DNA of 64,000 nucleotides from positions 5,890,001 through 5,954,000 of the forward strand of contig JBHGNT010000013.1 in the NCBI GenBank assembly GCA_043228905.1, in the 5' to 3' direction. The stretch is from Azolla caroliniana (taxonomy: Eukaryota; Plantae; Polypodiophyta). Of this stretch, positions 12,934 to 23,448 are shown piece by piece. Position 1 is the first letter of the stretch. Each line of letters starts with the position of its first letter. Under the pieces are notes generated by a model. It was not told where the DNA came from and made no database searches. It worked only from the letters and a program-made list of their open reading frames with translations. A program made the position numbers and the translations under genes.

Positions 12934-13659
12934 TGTCGTGCCTTTCGGCTCCGGATCGTTTGCGTGAGTCGGGTGGGAACCACCGAGGTTTTGGACTAGG
13001 AAGAGGAGAGTTTTAAGGCTAATAAGAATATAAATATGTTGTAAGAAAGAGTTATAGCAAACTCGTGAATCCCACGAGTGTATTGTATTTGATTAATCAA
13101 TATGAATATAAGAATATAAATTTGGGTTGAAAGAGAATGATATAGAATCCTCGTGAATCCCACGAGTATAGTTTATTAATTGGTGTTTTTTAGAAACATA
13201 TCCAGTTTCCAAGTATTTCACACCCAATTACATTGTGCTTCCCATCCTTATGTAGTGATGAGGAAGTCTTAGTAATCCATGCTTTTTCTCTAACTATAGA
13301 CCCCATGCTTTTCCTATAGATAGACTATATGCTTTATCTAAAGTGATCATGCTTTTTCTAACTTGTGCGTTTTTTATCATGCACGCTAGATGTGTATGTG
13401 TAGCTTTTTCTTTTGTTATGCGTTTTTCTAATGTTTATCCTAGCGTGAATTTACCTTTCTACGTGGGACATCTATGCTTTAACACTAATGAAATGCTAGT
13501 GTAATGGTAAGACATTATATTATTAACATGGAGGTGCAAGGTTCGAATCTTGCCCTATACATGTTCCATTTATTTTGCTATTTTCTTCTATTTCTTCATT
13601 TTTTATTGAATCTAATACTATATACGTTTTTCACGTAGTGTACAAAATACACTACGACA
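12934..13659 (-). repeat. 3' LTR of W1
   Basis: TGTCGT...ACGACA termini; direct repeat of 15721-16446. Confidence 0.95.
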
Positions 13660-13660
13660 C

Positions 13661-15703
13661 TCACCCCCTCCAAACCCGCACATCCTCCGGTATGTGCCGA
13701 AGTTGTTGGTGTTTGTTAGTCTCCTCCGTCCGGTCTCTACCCGATTGGTTTCGTTGCCGGCTCGTAGTACCCTCGACTTCTCTTGTTATGTTGACTTTGT
13801 CTCTCCATTTGGAGCACATCCATTCTTTCCACCCGAACCATTGTCGACATCCGATCCACCATAGTCTTCGTTCGCTTTTTGCATGGCCCGCTTGGTCCTT
13901 GTCATCCGCGGTAGTATCTTTTCTTGCCCTCTTTCTTTTCTTCATCAATCTCGACTTCTTTTCGGATTTTCGGTTTAGTCGGATTAGCTTACTTCCGATT
14001 CGGTCTCGTCGGATCGTCTTTCGTTTAGTTCGGCTTCCTTTCCGATTTGTATTCGGTCGATCCGGACTCGGTTGATCGGTTTTTACCGATTCAGTGCTCT
14101 TTCGGGTCGGTTTCTTTTCTTTTCTTTTCGTCCGGATTTGCTTTCTTTTCTTCGTTTTCACCTGCCTTGTCCGGTTCGACTTTCGGCACTTCTTTCCGTT
14201 GTTCGCTACGTAGGTCCTCCGATATCTGCTCGTTGTTCGGTCCTCGTGTGGTTGTAATGCATGCTTCTTTTCTCGCCGTAGCGCGTGCTTCTTTATTCGC
14301 CATAACACGCATTTCTTTATTCGCCGTAGAGCGTGCTCTGTATTATGCGCTTCTCCCGTCGTAGACCCGACCTCCGCATTGTCGCACTTTCTTTTAGATT
14401 GGAATTTCGGATGGATCATTTTCCATCCGAACCGACTTCCAACTTTACCTTCCTCGCCGCCATCTCCCGTCTCTCCGGTCTCACGTTGGTTCTCGGACAC
14501 AACCGCCGAAGTCTCTAGATATTGTTGGCATGAATCCTCGGTATTACCTTCTTTCGTAGTTTCACCCTTAGCATTCTTCTCGGCTATCTCTTCATCGTAT
14601 TCGTCGGCTTCGACATTCGTTTTCTCTCCGCCACCTTCCGTCTCTTCGGTCTCACGTTGCCTTTCGATCGCAACCGCCGGAGTCTCTGGAATCAGTGGTG
14701 GGGAAGTCTCGATATGGCAATCCGCCATTGATTCGTCCATAGCCACCTCCGATTCGATTTCGTCTTTTGTGGCTACCTCCTTAATCACATCCGCTTCACA
14801 CTCTTTATCTGCATCAATTATGCAAACATCTATTATGCTTACCCCTTTTTGACCCGATGTCTCGGGCACTTGTATCCCGAAATTTCCTTCTACACTTGAA
14901 TTATCGGCCTTATCCTTCGCCATCGTTCTTTCACAAGACGAGTGGGTGTCTTGTTCCACTCTTTCTCCCGTGGTACCATCATGTTGTATTTCGGCCTTCA
15001 TATTGGCTTCATCGTTTTTCCTCAATCGACCATCCTTCATGGGCCATGTCGTTGTTGACGAGATTCTCAGCTTCCTTTCATCATGTCTTCGGCATACCCT
15101 TTCGACTTTGGCCCAATCCTCGGTAAGGCCGTTCGCACCGTCATCATCTTCGAGTTCGATCCCAATGTCCATCCTTTCTTTCCGATCGATCGATCTTACG
15201 AACATTAAGACTTTATCTTCTCCCACCAATCTTCGTTCCCGCTCCGAGAGTCGAGCAAAACGATGCTCGAACTCTAGGAACGCTTGCGTTGCACTTCGGT
15301 GAGTCTTCTCCGACGCCACCCATTCATCGAACTCTCGCCGATCTCGTCCCTTCGGTCTATCGTAATCATATGCCTCTCGTAAAGCTTCTTCGAATGACCC
15401 CCATGTCGAGTTTTGTTGTTGTATCTTGTGGATTCTCCCTTGAAGCCCGTCGGTCGCCACCCGGTTAAAGGATGTCACTTGCAGTCCTTCCGAAGCCCGG
15501 CACCAGAGCATCTCCGCCTTGTAGTCCTGCAAATATCGCGACACATCCTTACCATTAAATTGCCCGTTGCGTTGCACGAGCCGCTCTACTGATGCCGAAA
15601 TCTCCGACATCGTGCGTTGTTCTTGAAGCATCCGTTCGAACATTATCATCATCATGTTCATCGCCTCTTGTTGATTCTCCATCTCCTTGCCACCCGTCTT
15701 CAC
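13661..15703 (-). CDS. W1 ORF: Gag capsid-like N-terminus plus acidic then basic low-complexity tail (probable ATG at 15682)
   Basis: Uninterrupted 680-codon ORF. First ~110 aa nearly identical to W3 Gag (RNGQFNGKDVSRYLQDYKAEML); no zinc knuckle or protease. Confidence 0.75.
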   Translation of the reverse strand: MKTGGKEMENQQEAMNMMMIMFERMLQEQRTMSEISASVERLVQRNGQFNGKDVSRYLQDYKAEMLWCRASEGLQVTSFNRVATDGLQGRIHKIQQQNSTWGSFEEALREAYDYDRPKGRDRREFDEWVASEKTHRSATQAFLEFEHRFARLSERERRLVGEDKVLMFVRSIDRKERMDIGIELEDDDGANGLTEDWAKVERVCRRHDERKLRISSTTTWPMKDGRLRKNDEANMKAEIQHDGTTGERVEQDTHSSCERTMAKDKADNSSVEGNFGIQVPETSGQKGVSIIDVCIIDADKECEADVIKEVATKDEIESEVAMDESMADCHIETSPPLIPETPAVAIERQRETEETEGGGEKTNVEADEYDEEIAEKNAKGETTKEGNTEDSCQQYLETSAVVSENQRETGETGDGGEEGKVGSRFGWKMIHPKFQSKRKCDNAEVGSTTGEAHNTEHALRRIKKCVLWRIKKHALRREKKHALQPHEDRTTSRYRRTYVANNGKKCRKSNRTRQVKTKKRKQIRTKRKEKKPTRKSTESVKTDQPSPDRPNTNRKGSRTKRKTIRRDRIGSKLIRLNRKSEKKSRLMKKRKRARKDTTADDKDQAGHAKSERRLWWIGCRQWFGWKEWMCSKWRDKVNITREVEGTTSRQRNQSGRDRTEETNKHQQLRHIPEDVRVWRG

Positions 15704-15716
15704 GTCGGGTTCACCA
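15699..15716 (-). other. PBS of W1 (tRNA-Trp)
   Basis: TGGTGAACCCGACGTGAA is complementary to the recalled plant tRNA-Trp(CCA) 3' end ...TTCACGTCGGGTTCACCA; 4-nt spacer to the LTR. Confidence 0.85.
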
Positions 15717-15720
15717 ACTG

Positions 15721-16446
15721 TGTCGTGCCTTTCGGCTCCGGATCGTTTGCGTGAGTCGGGTGGGAACCACCGAGGTTTTGGACTAGGAAGAGGAGAGTTT
15801 TAAGGCTAATAAGAATATAAATATGTTGTAAGAAAGAGTTATAGCAAACTCGTGAATCCCATGAGTGTATTGTATTTGATTAATCAATATGAATATAAGA
15901 ATATAAATTTGGGTTGAAAGAGAATGATATAGAATCCTCGTGAATCCCACGAGTATAGTTTATTAATTGGTGTTTTTTAGAAACATATCCAGTTTCCAAG
16001 TATTTCACACCCAATTACATTGTGCTTCCCATCCTTATGTAGTGATGAGGAAGTCTTAGTAATCCATGCTTTTTCTCTAACTATAGACCCCATGCTTTTC
16101 CTATAGATAGACTATATGCTTTATCTAAAGTGATCATGCTTTTTCTAACTTGTGCGTTTTTTATCATGCACGCTAGATGTGTATGTGTAGCTTTTTCTTT
16201 TGTTATGCGTTTTTCTAATGTTTATCCTAGCGTGAATTTACCTTTCTACGTGGGACATCTATGCTTTAACACTAATGAAATGCTAGTGTAATGGTAAGAC
16301 ATTATATTATTAACATGGAGGTGCAAGGTTCGAATCTTGCCCTATGCATGTTCCATTTATTTTGCTATTTTCTTCTATTTCTTCATTTTTTATTGAATCT
16401 AATACTATATACGTTTTTCACGTAGTGTACAAAATACACTACGACA
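15721..16446 (-). repeat. 5' LTR of W1
   Basis: Direct repeat of 12934-13659; adjacent to the PBS. Confidence 0.95.
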
Positions 16447-17495
16447 ACGGTATACCCGAAGACCTGGTCGGTTACACAGATGCTGACTGGGCCGGCGATG
16501 CATCCAATCGCCGATCAACCTCCAGTTACATGGTTTCCCTAGGTAGTGCAGCTGTTGTGTGGAGTAGCAAAAAGCAGCCAACAGTTGCTCTAGCGAGCAC
16601 TAAGGCTGAGTATCGGGGCGCTACCATTGCCACCTGTGAAGCCATTTGGCTTCGGTGACTGCTGCAAGACCTACGGATCGAGGTACCGACCCCGATTCTG
16701 GTCTACTGTGACAACATAAGCAGCATTCAACTCGCCAAGAACCCCGTATTCCATGCTCGCACAAAACACATAGAAGTGCACTATCACTTCGTGCGTGAGC
16801 GTGTCCTGAGAGGTGAGGTTGAACTTCGGTATGTTTACACGGATCGGCAAGTTGCCGACATCTTCACCAAACCACTCGGATCGGACAAGTTGCAGCACTT
16901 CACTGAAATGCTTGGTGTTCAACATCTCGACGTGCCACATTTGAGGGGGAGAACGGGCAAAGACACCAAAACGGGCAAAGGCAAAGAGATTGCCGATTGC
17001 GCCGGTGAGGGAAGAACAGAAGGCGGCAGAGTCAAGAAGGACAGAGTTGACCGAAGGAAGAAGGCCAAGACCCGGACATGGTCCGATGTAGTGAAGGGCT
17101 TGGAACCAGAAGACGAATCGAGAGCAACCGATTCGGACAAGAGCTGGAACGAATCGGAGACAGTCGATTCGGTTCAAAAGACAGATTCGTAAGAACCGGA
17201 TCAATTCAAGGCCAAGCAGACACGGATGCAGCGGAAGTCGATGCCATCGCGGAGGATTTGACGAATCGATAACCGTCAGAGTCATAGTAGCGAAGCAACT
17301 GAGAGGGGCATATTGAGCAGACATACCGACCAAGAAGGTCGAGGCACGCAGAACAAGAGGGGTCGAGGCAAATAGAACCGGACCGGACGAGGAGCGCGAG
17401 TAAGGCGGAGCGACGCTAGGAGAAGTCGGTTGGAAGAACCGACTGCCACAGAGATTGACACTAGGATCCAACCTCAAGTTGAGCTTGAGCGGGAG

Positions 17496-17893
17496 TGTTG
17501 AGCGGCAAGCTCAACTGGAGCCAGATCGGCTAAATAAGCCTGAGCCGGCAACCGAGATGGATCGATAAGCCGTGAGCAACCGAGCCGGTGAGTTGGGGAG
17601 CTGGTTAGCCGGATCCAATCGGTAACCGGAAGTCTAGTATTAGTTTAGACTACTAGGCAATTGTAGTCTCGTAGTAAGTGTCAGAAGCTCGTGTGAGCAT
17701 TGAAGTACGCGGTACTTCTGTTAGTCCCATGAGGACTTGTATAAATAGTGCTACTAAGCACAGTTGTATGTAACAGAATGATTATATCGTTTTGAATATA
17801 GCTTTTACGTTCTGCTCTCTCTGTCTCTCCCGTGTACTCCTTGTATTCCCTACTTTCTCTGTTTTCTAACGCTTCCGCAAGTAATCGTTCACA
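17496..17893 (+). repeat. 3' LTR of C1
   Basis: Direct repeat of 8651-9064; preceded by TTGAGCGGGAG (mutated PPT). Confidence 0.95.
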
Positions 17894-17974
17894 ACACTCA
17901 CACTCATATACATTTCAGATTGACACAACACTATACTCTTTCACCCTCACTCATCACACTCAAATCTCCATACA

Positions 17975-18480
17975 TCTCATATGGTGACAATAGTAGTCGA
18001 TGCCATGTGTTTGCACGCGGACCCATTAGCCACTTGTCAAGCCTTGTATGTGTTGATCGAACTCTCGGCATTGTATTTCACCTTAAACACCACCTACATC
18101 CAACCATCTTAATTCCTTTGGGGACATCAACGAGGTCTCCTGTCTTAATGTTAGGTAGAGGATGCATCTCTTCCTCCATAGCCGCTTTCCATTTGGTGTC
18201 CTATGCCGCCTCTGTGTAGCTCTCTAGCTTGCCTATCTCTGCCACTTTAGTCATGTACGCATTCGAGATGATCAGTGCGACCTTTCTTTGGCCGTCATCA
18301 AGGTTCTTCTTGGCAGATTCTGACCTCAACTCTCAAGGTTCGTCATCGCTCATGGCCCCATTGGATTCGATTCTATCCGATGTTCCCACATTGGTGCCAT
18401 ATCCCAACATCTTCTTCTTCCTCTTCTCCTTGTGGGTAGTCTACGAGGATTGCACGGGCGAGTCTCCATCACTCGTAGGC
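17975..18480 (-). pseudogene. Heavily decayed copia fragment (integrase-RT linker and RT N-terminus)
   Basis: Minus strand reads VFKVKYNAESSINTYKA*QVANG, cf. C1 [24 protein letters not shown]. Confidence 0.65.
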
Positions 18481-19231
18481 TCCTCTAACTAAGAGTATAG
18501 AGTTTGAGTCTTTGTTAGTATGATGTAAATTAAGCATCATATATTGCCCTTTTTCTTTTCGAAGAGAAAGAATAATAATAATGAATTTGTAAGTAATTAC
18601 TTAGAGTAATTATGTTAGGCAGAATAGACTAGATAGATGTGTGCTATGTGTGTGTGAAAAAGGAGAGAGAAGAGACACAATATAGATAAAAGATAAAAGA
18701 GTCAAATGTATATTAACAAGGAGTAAAAAAATAAACTAGCAAAACAACATTTACAAAGGAAAGAGGAGACTCCTTTATATTAAGTCACCCTCTCACTACA
18801 TTCTCTCATTAAAACCACTACTCTCTCTAACAACTTGGGGAATATGGAAACTCATTAGCTATGTGTCATAAAATACGATTATACGACATAGAGTTAATAC
18901 TAGGAAGTAGTGGTGACTATTGACCTTTGACTGTTCATACATTGACTAAATAAGGTATGTTCATACACTAGACTTAGATTAAGTTTGATTTTCCACAACA
19001 TTAAATGTAAATGAGGTGCTAGGGTGGAAGCATGCTATGGTGTACCAATTTTTGGCAAATTTTTTTGTATTAAATCAAGGAAGAAAATAAACATAAAAAA
19101 TTGAAAATAAAACAATTACTATAGAAAATAGTGGATCATCATCCATTGAATGAGGTTTGAATTCAAATAACAAATTCAATATGAATATACAAAGATATTA
19201 TAGGTCACAATCGAAGTGCCCCAAGGCCGTA

Positions 19232-19501
19232 TTTAATACATTAACTATAACATCATTCTCCTAGGTAGAGTTGTTAGAAAGTAGACCTAGAGAAGGTCTC
19301 GAATGTGTCAGTTGATTAGTTTCTCTCTCTCTTCTGTCTCAAAGTTGTCAGTCGGACAATGACAGAAAATAGAAATCAATTGTATGTATATTACCTATCT
19401 CTCTCTTGCTCTCTTTTAATACATTAACTATAACATCATTCTCCTAGGTAGAGTTGTAAGAAAGCAAACCTGGAGAAGGTTTCGAACGTGTCAGTTGGTT
19501 A

Positions 19502-19557
<56 letters not shown>

Positions 19558-19640
19558 GTCTCAAAGTTGTGAATTGGACAGTGACAAAAAGTAGAAATCA
19601 ATTGCATGTATATTACCTATCTCTCTCTTGTTCTCTTTTA
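19232..19640. repeat. ~185-bp tandem duplication; second copy has an expanded (TC)n microsatellite (~19504-19553)
   Basis: TTTAATACATTAACTATAACATCATTCTCCTAGGTAGAGTTGT...TATATTACCTATCTCTCTCTTG occurs twice. Confidence 0.85.
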
Positions 19641-19832
19641 CTCCCCTTATTCTTTGAGTCCCCGCGTTGTTCTTGTTGTGTTCCCTCTGTGCCTGATTTT
19701 TCTTGTTGTTTCTCTACAATCTTTGAACTCTATATACGCAAAGGTTGATGTTTCCCCTCTATGCTCATTGTTCTTGTTGTTTCCATACTTTCTCAAAATT
19801 CTGTGTATGTTCGTTTGTCTCCTCTACATGAC

Positions 19833-20281
19833 TTTTGTTTGCCAGAATTGTAACCGCCGGACATAACGCATAAAGAATAATATGTATTGGAAGCGTTAAG
19901 AAGCACATGTAATGGTTCACACAAGGAGCGTAACTGACTAAAAGCCCTATGTATATAAAGGGCAGAAATCCTTTGTAAAAAGTTAGCGTGTAATATAGTT
20001 CTATCATCTTTGATTTCCTTGTCTATCTGTGCAAGTAGTCTACTATCCCGGTGTTGCACTCTGATTCGTAACTATAGGCTTGTAAGGGTAGGGTAAGTGT
20101 GTATACGAGATCACACACTGGTGAGCTTCCGTTGTAGTTGTCTCCCTTCATTCCCACTTGATACGTTTGCTTGATAAGCCTATTGCGATTCACACACAAC
20201 CCAAATCTATTCCTTGCAACGCAATCACCTTGAAGGCTACCTCAAAGGACTGAGGGTAAACAATGTTCCCAATCGGTAACA
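19833..20281 (+). repeat. 5' LTR of H
   Basis: Aligns with 54802-55270 (GAATTGTAA..GCCGGACATAACGCATAAAGAATAAT...CCCAATCGGTAACA); terminal TG mutated to TT. Confidence 0.9.
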
Positions 20282-20285
20282 CTTT

Positions 20286-20299
20286 TGGTACGCCTGGTG
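20286..20299 (+). other. PBS of H (tRNA-Arg-like)
   Basis: TGGTACGCCTGGTG resembles the complement of the recalled tRNA-Arg(UCU) 3' end (TGGCACGCCCGGTG). Confidence 0.7.
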
Positions 20300-20547
20300 A
20301 TCTGTGATCCCTCACAGATGACAACAAGGTATGGATGTCTAGCTGTAGACGAACCAGAGAACCGATCCGACAAGACCGACCATTGACGAGGTCTATCACT
20401 TGCCAGACGGAAGAGCGCACTAAGCGTAAACCTCGCCTCAGTGACCACGACTTTTCCTTTCAGGAATATAAGGTAGACTCCAGGCTCACAGAATAGCGTG
20501 ACGTCAAGCAGGAAGCCCTGTCACCACACGAAAGCAGTAATCTTCCC

Positions 20548-23011
20548 TTGCCGACCGTCACCATAGCGTCTGGAATGGCTTTCTCATACCCCCGCTTCAA
20601 CGGAGAAACGGACGCTGCTAGCCACATCCGGTTGTTCCTCAATGTTTGGAATACTAATCACATGGCGCACCGGTTTCTAGAGGTGGAAGCTCACAAATCG
20701 AAGATTGCAGAGTTCGACTTAACGATGGATGATCGAGCAGCGTGTTGGCATTCTCAGATGGACTTGGCAGCAATCACAACCTTCGATCAACCGCAATTGG
20801 TGTTCTTGTGGTTTTTTCATCGAAAGGTACCGCAACGAGAAATCATCGGGCAATTCTGCACCATCAAAAAGTTGCCAACAGAATCCGTAGCGGATTTTAG
20901 TCTGCGTATTCAGAGTCTACGACGACAACTTACACGGCCCCGACAGACGAAGAGGCTAAGAAAACATTTTTGGCAGCTTTACGACGACCTATTAGGACGA
21001 CACTTAACACGCATAGTGTGAAAGGGGAAACATCTGAAATGGTTATCGAGCAAGCATTACAACTCAAATTAGAGGAAGAAGATGAAGGACTATCCATGGC
21101 ATTGTTATGGCAGGCTTTGCCTGAGGAAGAGGAACATCGGTTCCACCAAGTCATCCAGTCCACAATCTGTTTAAACCCTGGGCATTCCACGGTTGAGTGC
21201 AATATGAGAATTCATTGGCTGATTTGTCACTCAAGGGCACACACGGTGGAGCACTGTGAATAGAATATGCTTAATAGACCTACACCTGTAGTTCGTTGCA
21301 TGGAACCGCAACGACAATCTCGCAGGAATGATCAAGGGCGGTAAGAGGAAGGATTTTGATATACCAAGAGGAATTAGTGCGAAGAGTGTTAGTATCGTAA
21401 TCGCCATAACAACAACCTATATTTGGAAGAAGAAGAATAGCAGGACAAAGAATATCTGAATAGCAACCGATATAATAAAGGGGGGCGTCGTTACGGCAAT
21501 CTACGACTGTCAAACAATCGCGAAGGATTCAATGGGCATCGACCAAATGGACACAGTTGACAATATAGGAACCAACGTCATTATGACGAGAGTTCGGAGG
21601 ATGATCGGCGTCAGGAGCCACACCAAGAACACCGTCAACCACCCCGGAAAAACAGGAGAGTTCAGCGAAACCGGTATGAGCAAGCCGTACCCGTGGAGAC
21701 GACTACACCGCCGTGAGTGGAGAGAGGTGAGTCTAGCGTCCATTGTTTTGTATGCCAACAACCCGGACATTATACAACGCAGTGTCCACATCGCAAAGGC
21801 AAGGAAGCCGTCATAAATACAATGATGACGGATGTCCAATAGGTCACAACACAACAACAAGCGAAGAACGCAGACTGGGTTGTACAAGCTGAGATACGCA
21901 AAGTGGAAAAAGCAAATGCAACAAATACGAAGCGTATGCGGCAAGAGTCCACAAACAACAGTTTGTTGATGGAAGAAGACACATTATCACCGGATCCCAT
22001 ATGGAAAGCACTAGCAGATTGCGAGATAACAATGACCCCATGGAGAAGCTTCTCTAACTAGTTCCGCGATTCCGGCAGGTAGTGGAGAATCGCATCAAAG
22101 GCACACCCGAATTAGACGTTTTAGAAAATTTTGCGGAGACTAGTGCCGGTCCAACAGTCGTAGATCATCACAATCCAGCCATTAAGTTGGTACTACCAAG
22201 TCAGGAAATCTCAGGATGTATCGTCGATGAGGGATCCGACGTTAATGTCATCAGTACAAATACTTGCACACGATTAGGAATTTCAGATTGGGAAGCGTGC
22301 CCTTTTTGGCTCCGCATGGCAGACACCTGTTCTGTGAGGCCCCTAGGGTTTATCTGGAAATTAGGCATTATCATTGGCGGCCATCGCTTCGACATTTCTG
22401 CAGTGGTACTCACACTTGACACTCTGGGAGTGTACCCTATATTGCTCGGCAAACGGTGGCTACGTTTGGCAAACATCAAACAGAATTGGCAATATAATTG
22501 TATCAATTTACGACGAGAACACAATAAAGTTTGCGTGCCCACTCAGGAAAAGGCGGCACCAACCCAATGCATAACACCATTATACGCAGAAGATATAAAT
22601 ATGCTAGAAGGAGTAGATGATACAGAGTTGGAAGTGTACCTTGATGATCATCCACGGATTGTTCCATTATTCGAAATCGACATAATAGAAACCACTGTGG
22701 AATACGCCCCAACTAATATGCTTCAAGAACAGGCATACGAAATGGACCCAGAGTCGATAATGGAGTTAAGTAGAGCACATGCAACGTTTGAGAGGGAAAT
22801 GGAAATCTCAAGAAGAAGTCAATATCGAAACAACGATGGATCCTCAATTACTCTCGATTGCGAAGGACTTACTCCCAAGCGAGAAGGGGGCATTGATGGA
22901 ACTGCTCAAGGAATATAAGGTTGTTTTCGCATGGTCACATGAGGACATGAAGGGGTTGGACCCAAAGTTTTATCAACACAAGATCAACTTATCTACCGAT
23001 GCAAAACTTGT
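20548..23011 (+). pseudogene. H gag-protease-RT start (decayed)
   Basis: YPRFNGETDAASH gag, CLNPGHSTVEC knuckle, IVDEGSDVNV protease, FAWSHEDMKGLDP. Confidence 0.9.
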
Positions 23012-23398
23012 TGTTGTCTGTCTGGCCGGACTAGCCTCAACACAGGTGTCTACCCGACACTTCTCCAAAGGGGTGGTAAGGATTGGATGCTAGGTTACAT
23101 GCATAAGATGATTACAATTAAGCACGGACGGCAAACAATACGAGATACAGATAAATACACAATAATTACTATTGTATTACTTCCGTCCCAAACCCTTTAC
23201 AAATCATCGGATCCTTTTATAGGCATCCGGCAAGGTTACAATCGGTGCGCTTAGGCAACCGACATCCGAATCGGTTCGGATCCGGATCGGTACAACTGTA
23301 CCGAATCCGTCCCTCCGAATAATAATTCTACTATTATTTCCTATTATCCGATCCGATTCCGCCTTCCCACTTGTCCTTGCTCTTCTGACCGGCCAACA
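23012..23398 (-). repeat. 3' LTR of G1
   Basis: Direct repeat of 32771-33157; TATAAAA on the minus strand at ~23215-23221. Confidence 0.95.
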
Positions 23399-23400
23399 CA

Positions 23401-23440
23401 TGGCACGCCCGTGGGAAAGTGCCTTGCACTTCGAATCCAC
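23401..23440 (-). other. tRNA-Arg 3'-end-like motif in the PPT position of G1
   Basis: Sense sequence GTGGATTCGAAGTGCAAGGCACTTTCCCACGGGCGTGCCA-TG|LTR; no purine tract; homologous motif at 54759-54799. Confidence 0.75.
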
Positions 23441-23448
23441 TCCCGGTC

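Larger units (their letters stand above)
12934..16446 (-). mobile_element. W1: very young non-autonomous Gag-only (TR-GAG-like) LTR element
   Basis: 726-bp LTRs at 12934-13659 and 15721-16446, with only 2 differences seen by eye. 4-bp TSD ACGG (12930-12933, 16447-16450). tRNA-Trp PBS; PPT GGAGGGGGTGAG (13660-13671); no pol. Confidence 0.95.
9158..17192 (+). pseudogene. gag-pol pseudogene of C1, split by W1 at 12933/16451
   Basis: KLDRSNYASW gag, WYVDSGASNHM protease, LWHKWIGH and TPQQNGVAERKNR integrase, [21 protein letters not shown] RNase H. Removing W1 plus one TSD restores FRHGIPEDLVGYTD. Confidence 0.95.
8651..17893 (+). mobile_element. C1: full-length but decayed Ty1/copia LTR retrotransposon (contains W1)
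   Basis: LTR pair 8651-9064 / 17496-17893; 5-bp TSD ACACT (8646-8650, 17894-17898); PBS TGGTATGAGAGC; domain order gag-PR-IN-RT-RH. Confidence 0.97.

Noticed and set aside
13490-13565. Functional tRNA gene
   Set aside because: Only A/B boxes and a T-arm-like hairpin; no acceptor or anticodon stems, and it is part of an LTR.
18490-19230. Host gene promoter, MITE or Helitron in the AT-rich spacer
   Set aside because: No terminal inverted repeats, TSD, Helitron end motif or exon signal could be established by eye.
23012-23420. A separate plus-strand element starting at this LTR with PBS TGGCACGCCC
   Set aside because: All coding sequence and the LTR TATA box are on the minus strand, which has its own PBS; the motif is treated as a PPT-replacing signal instead.
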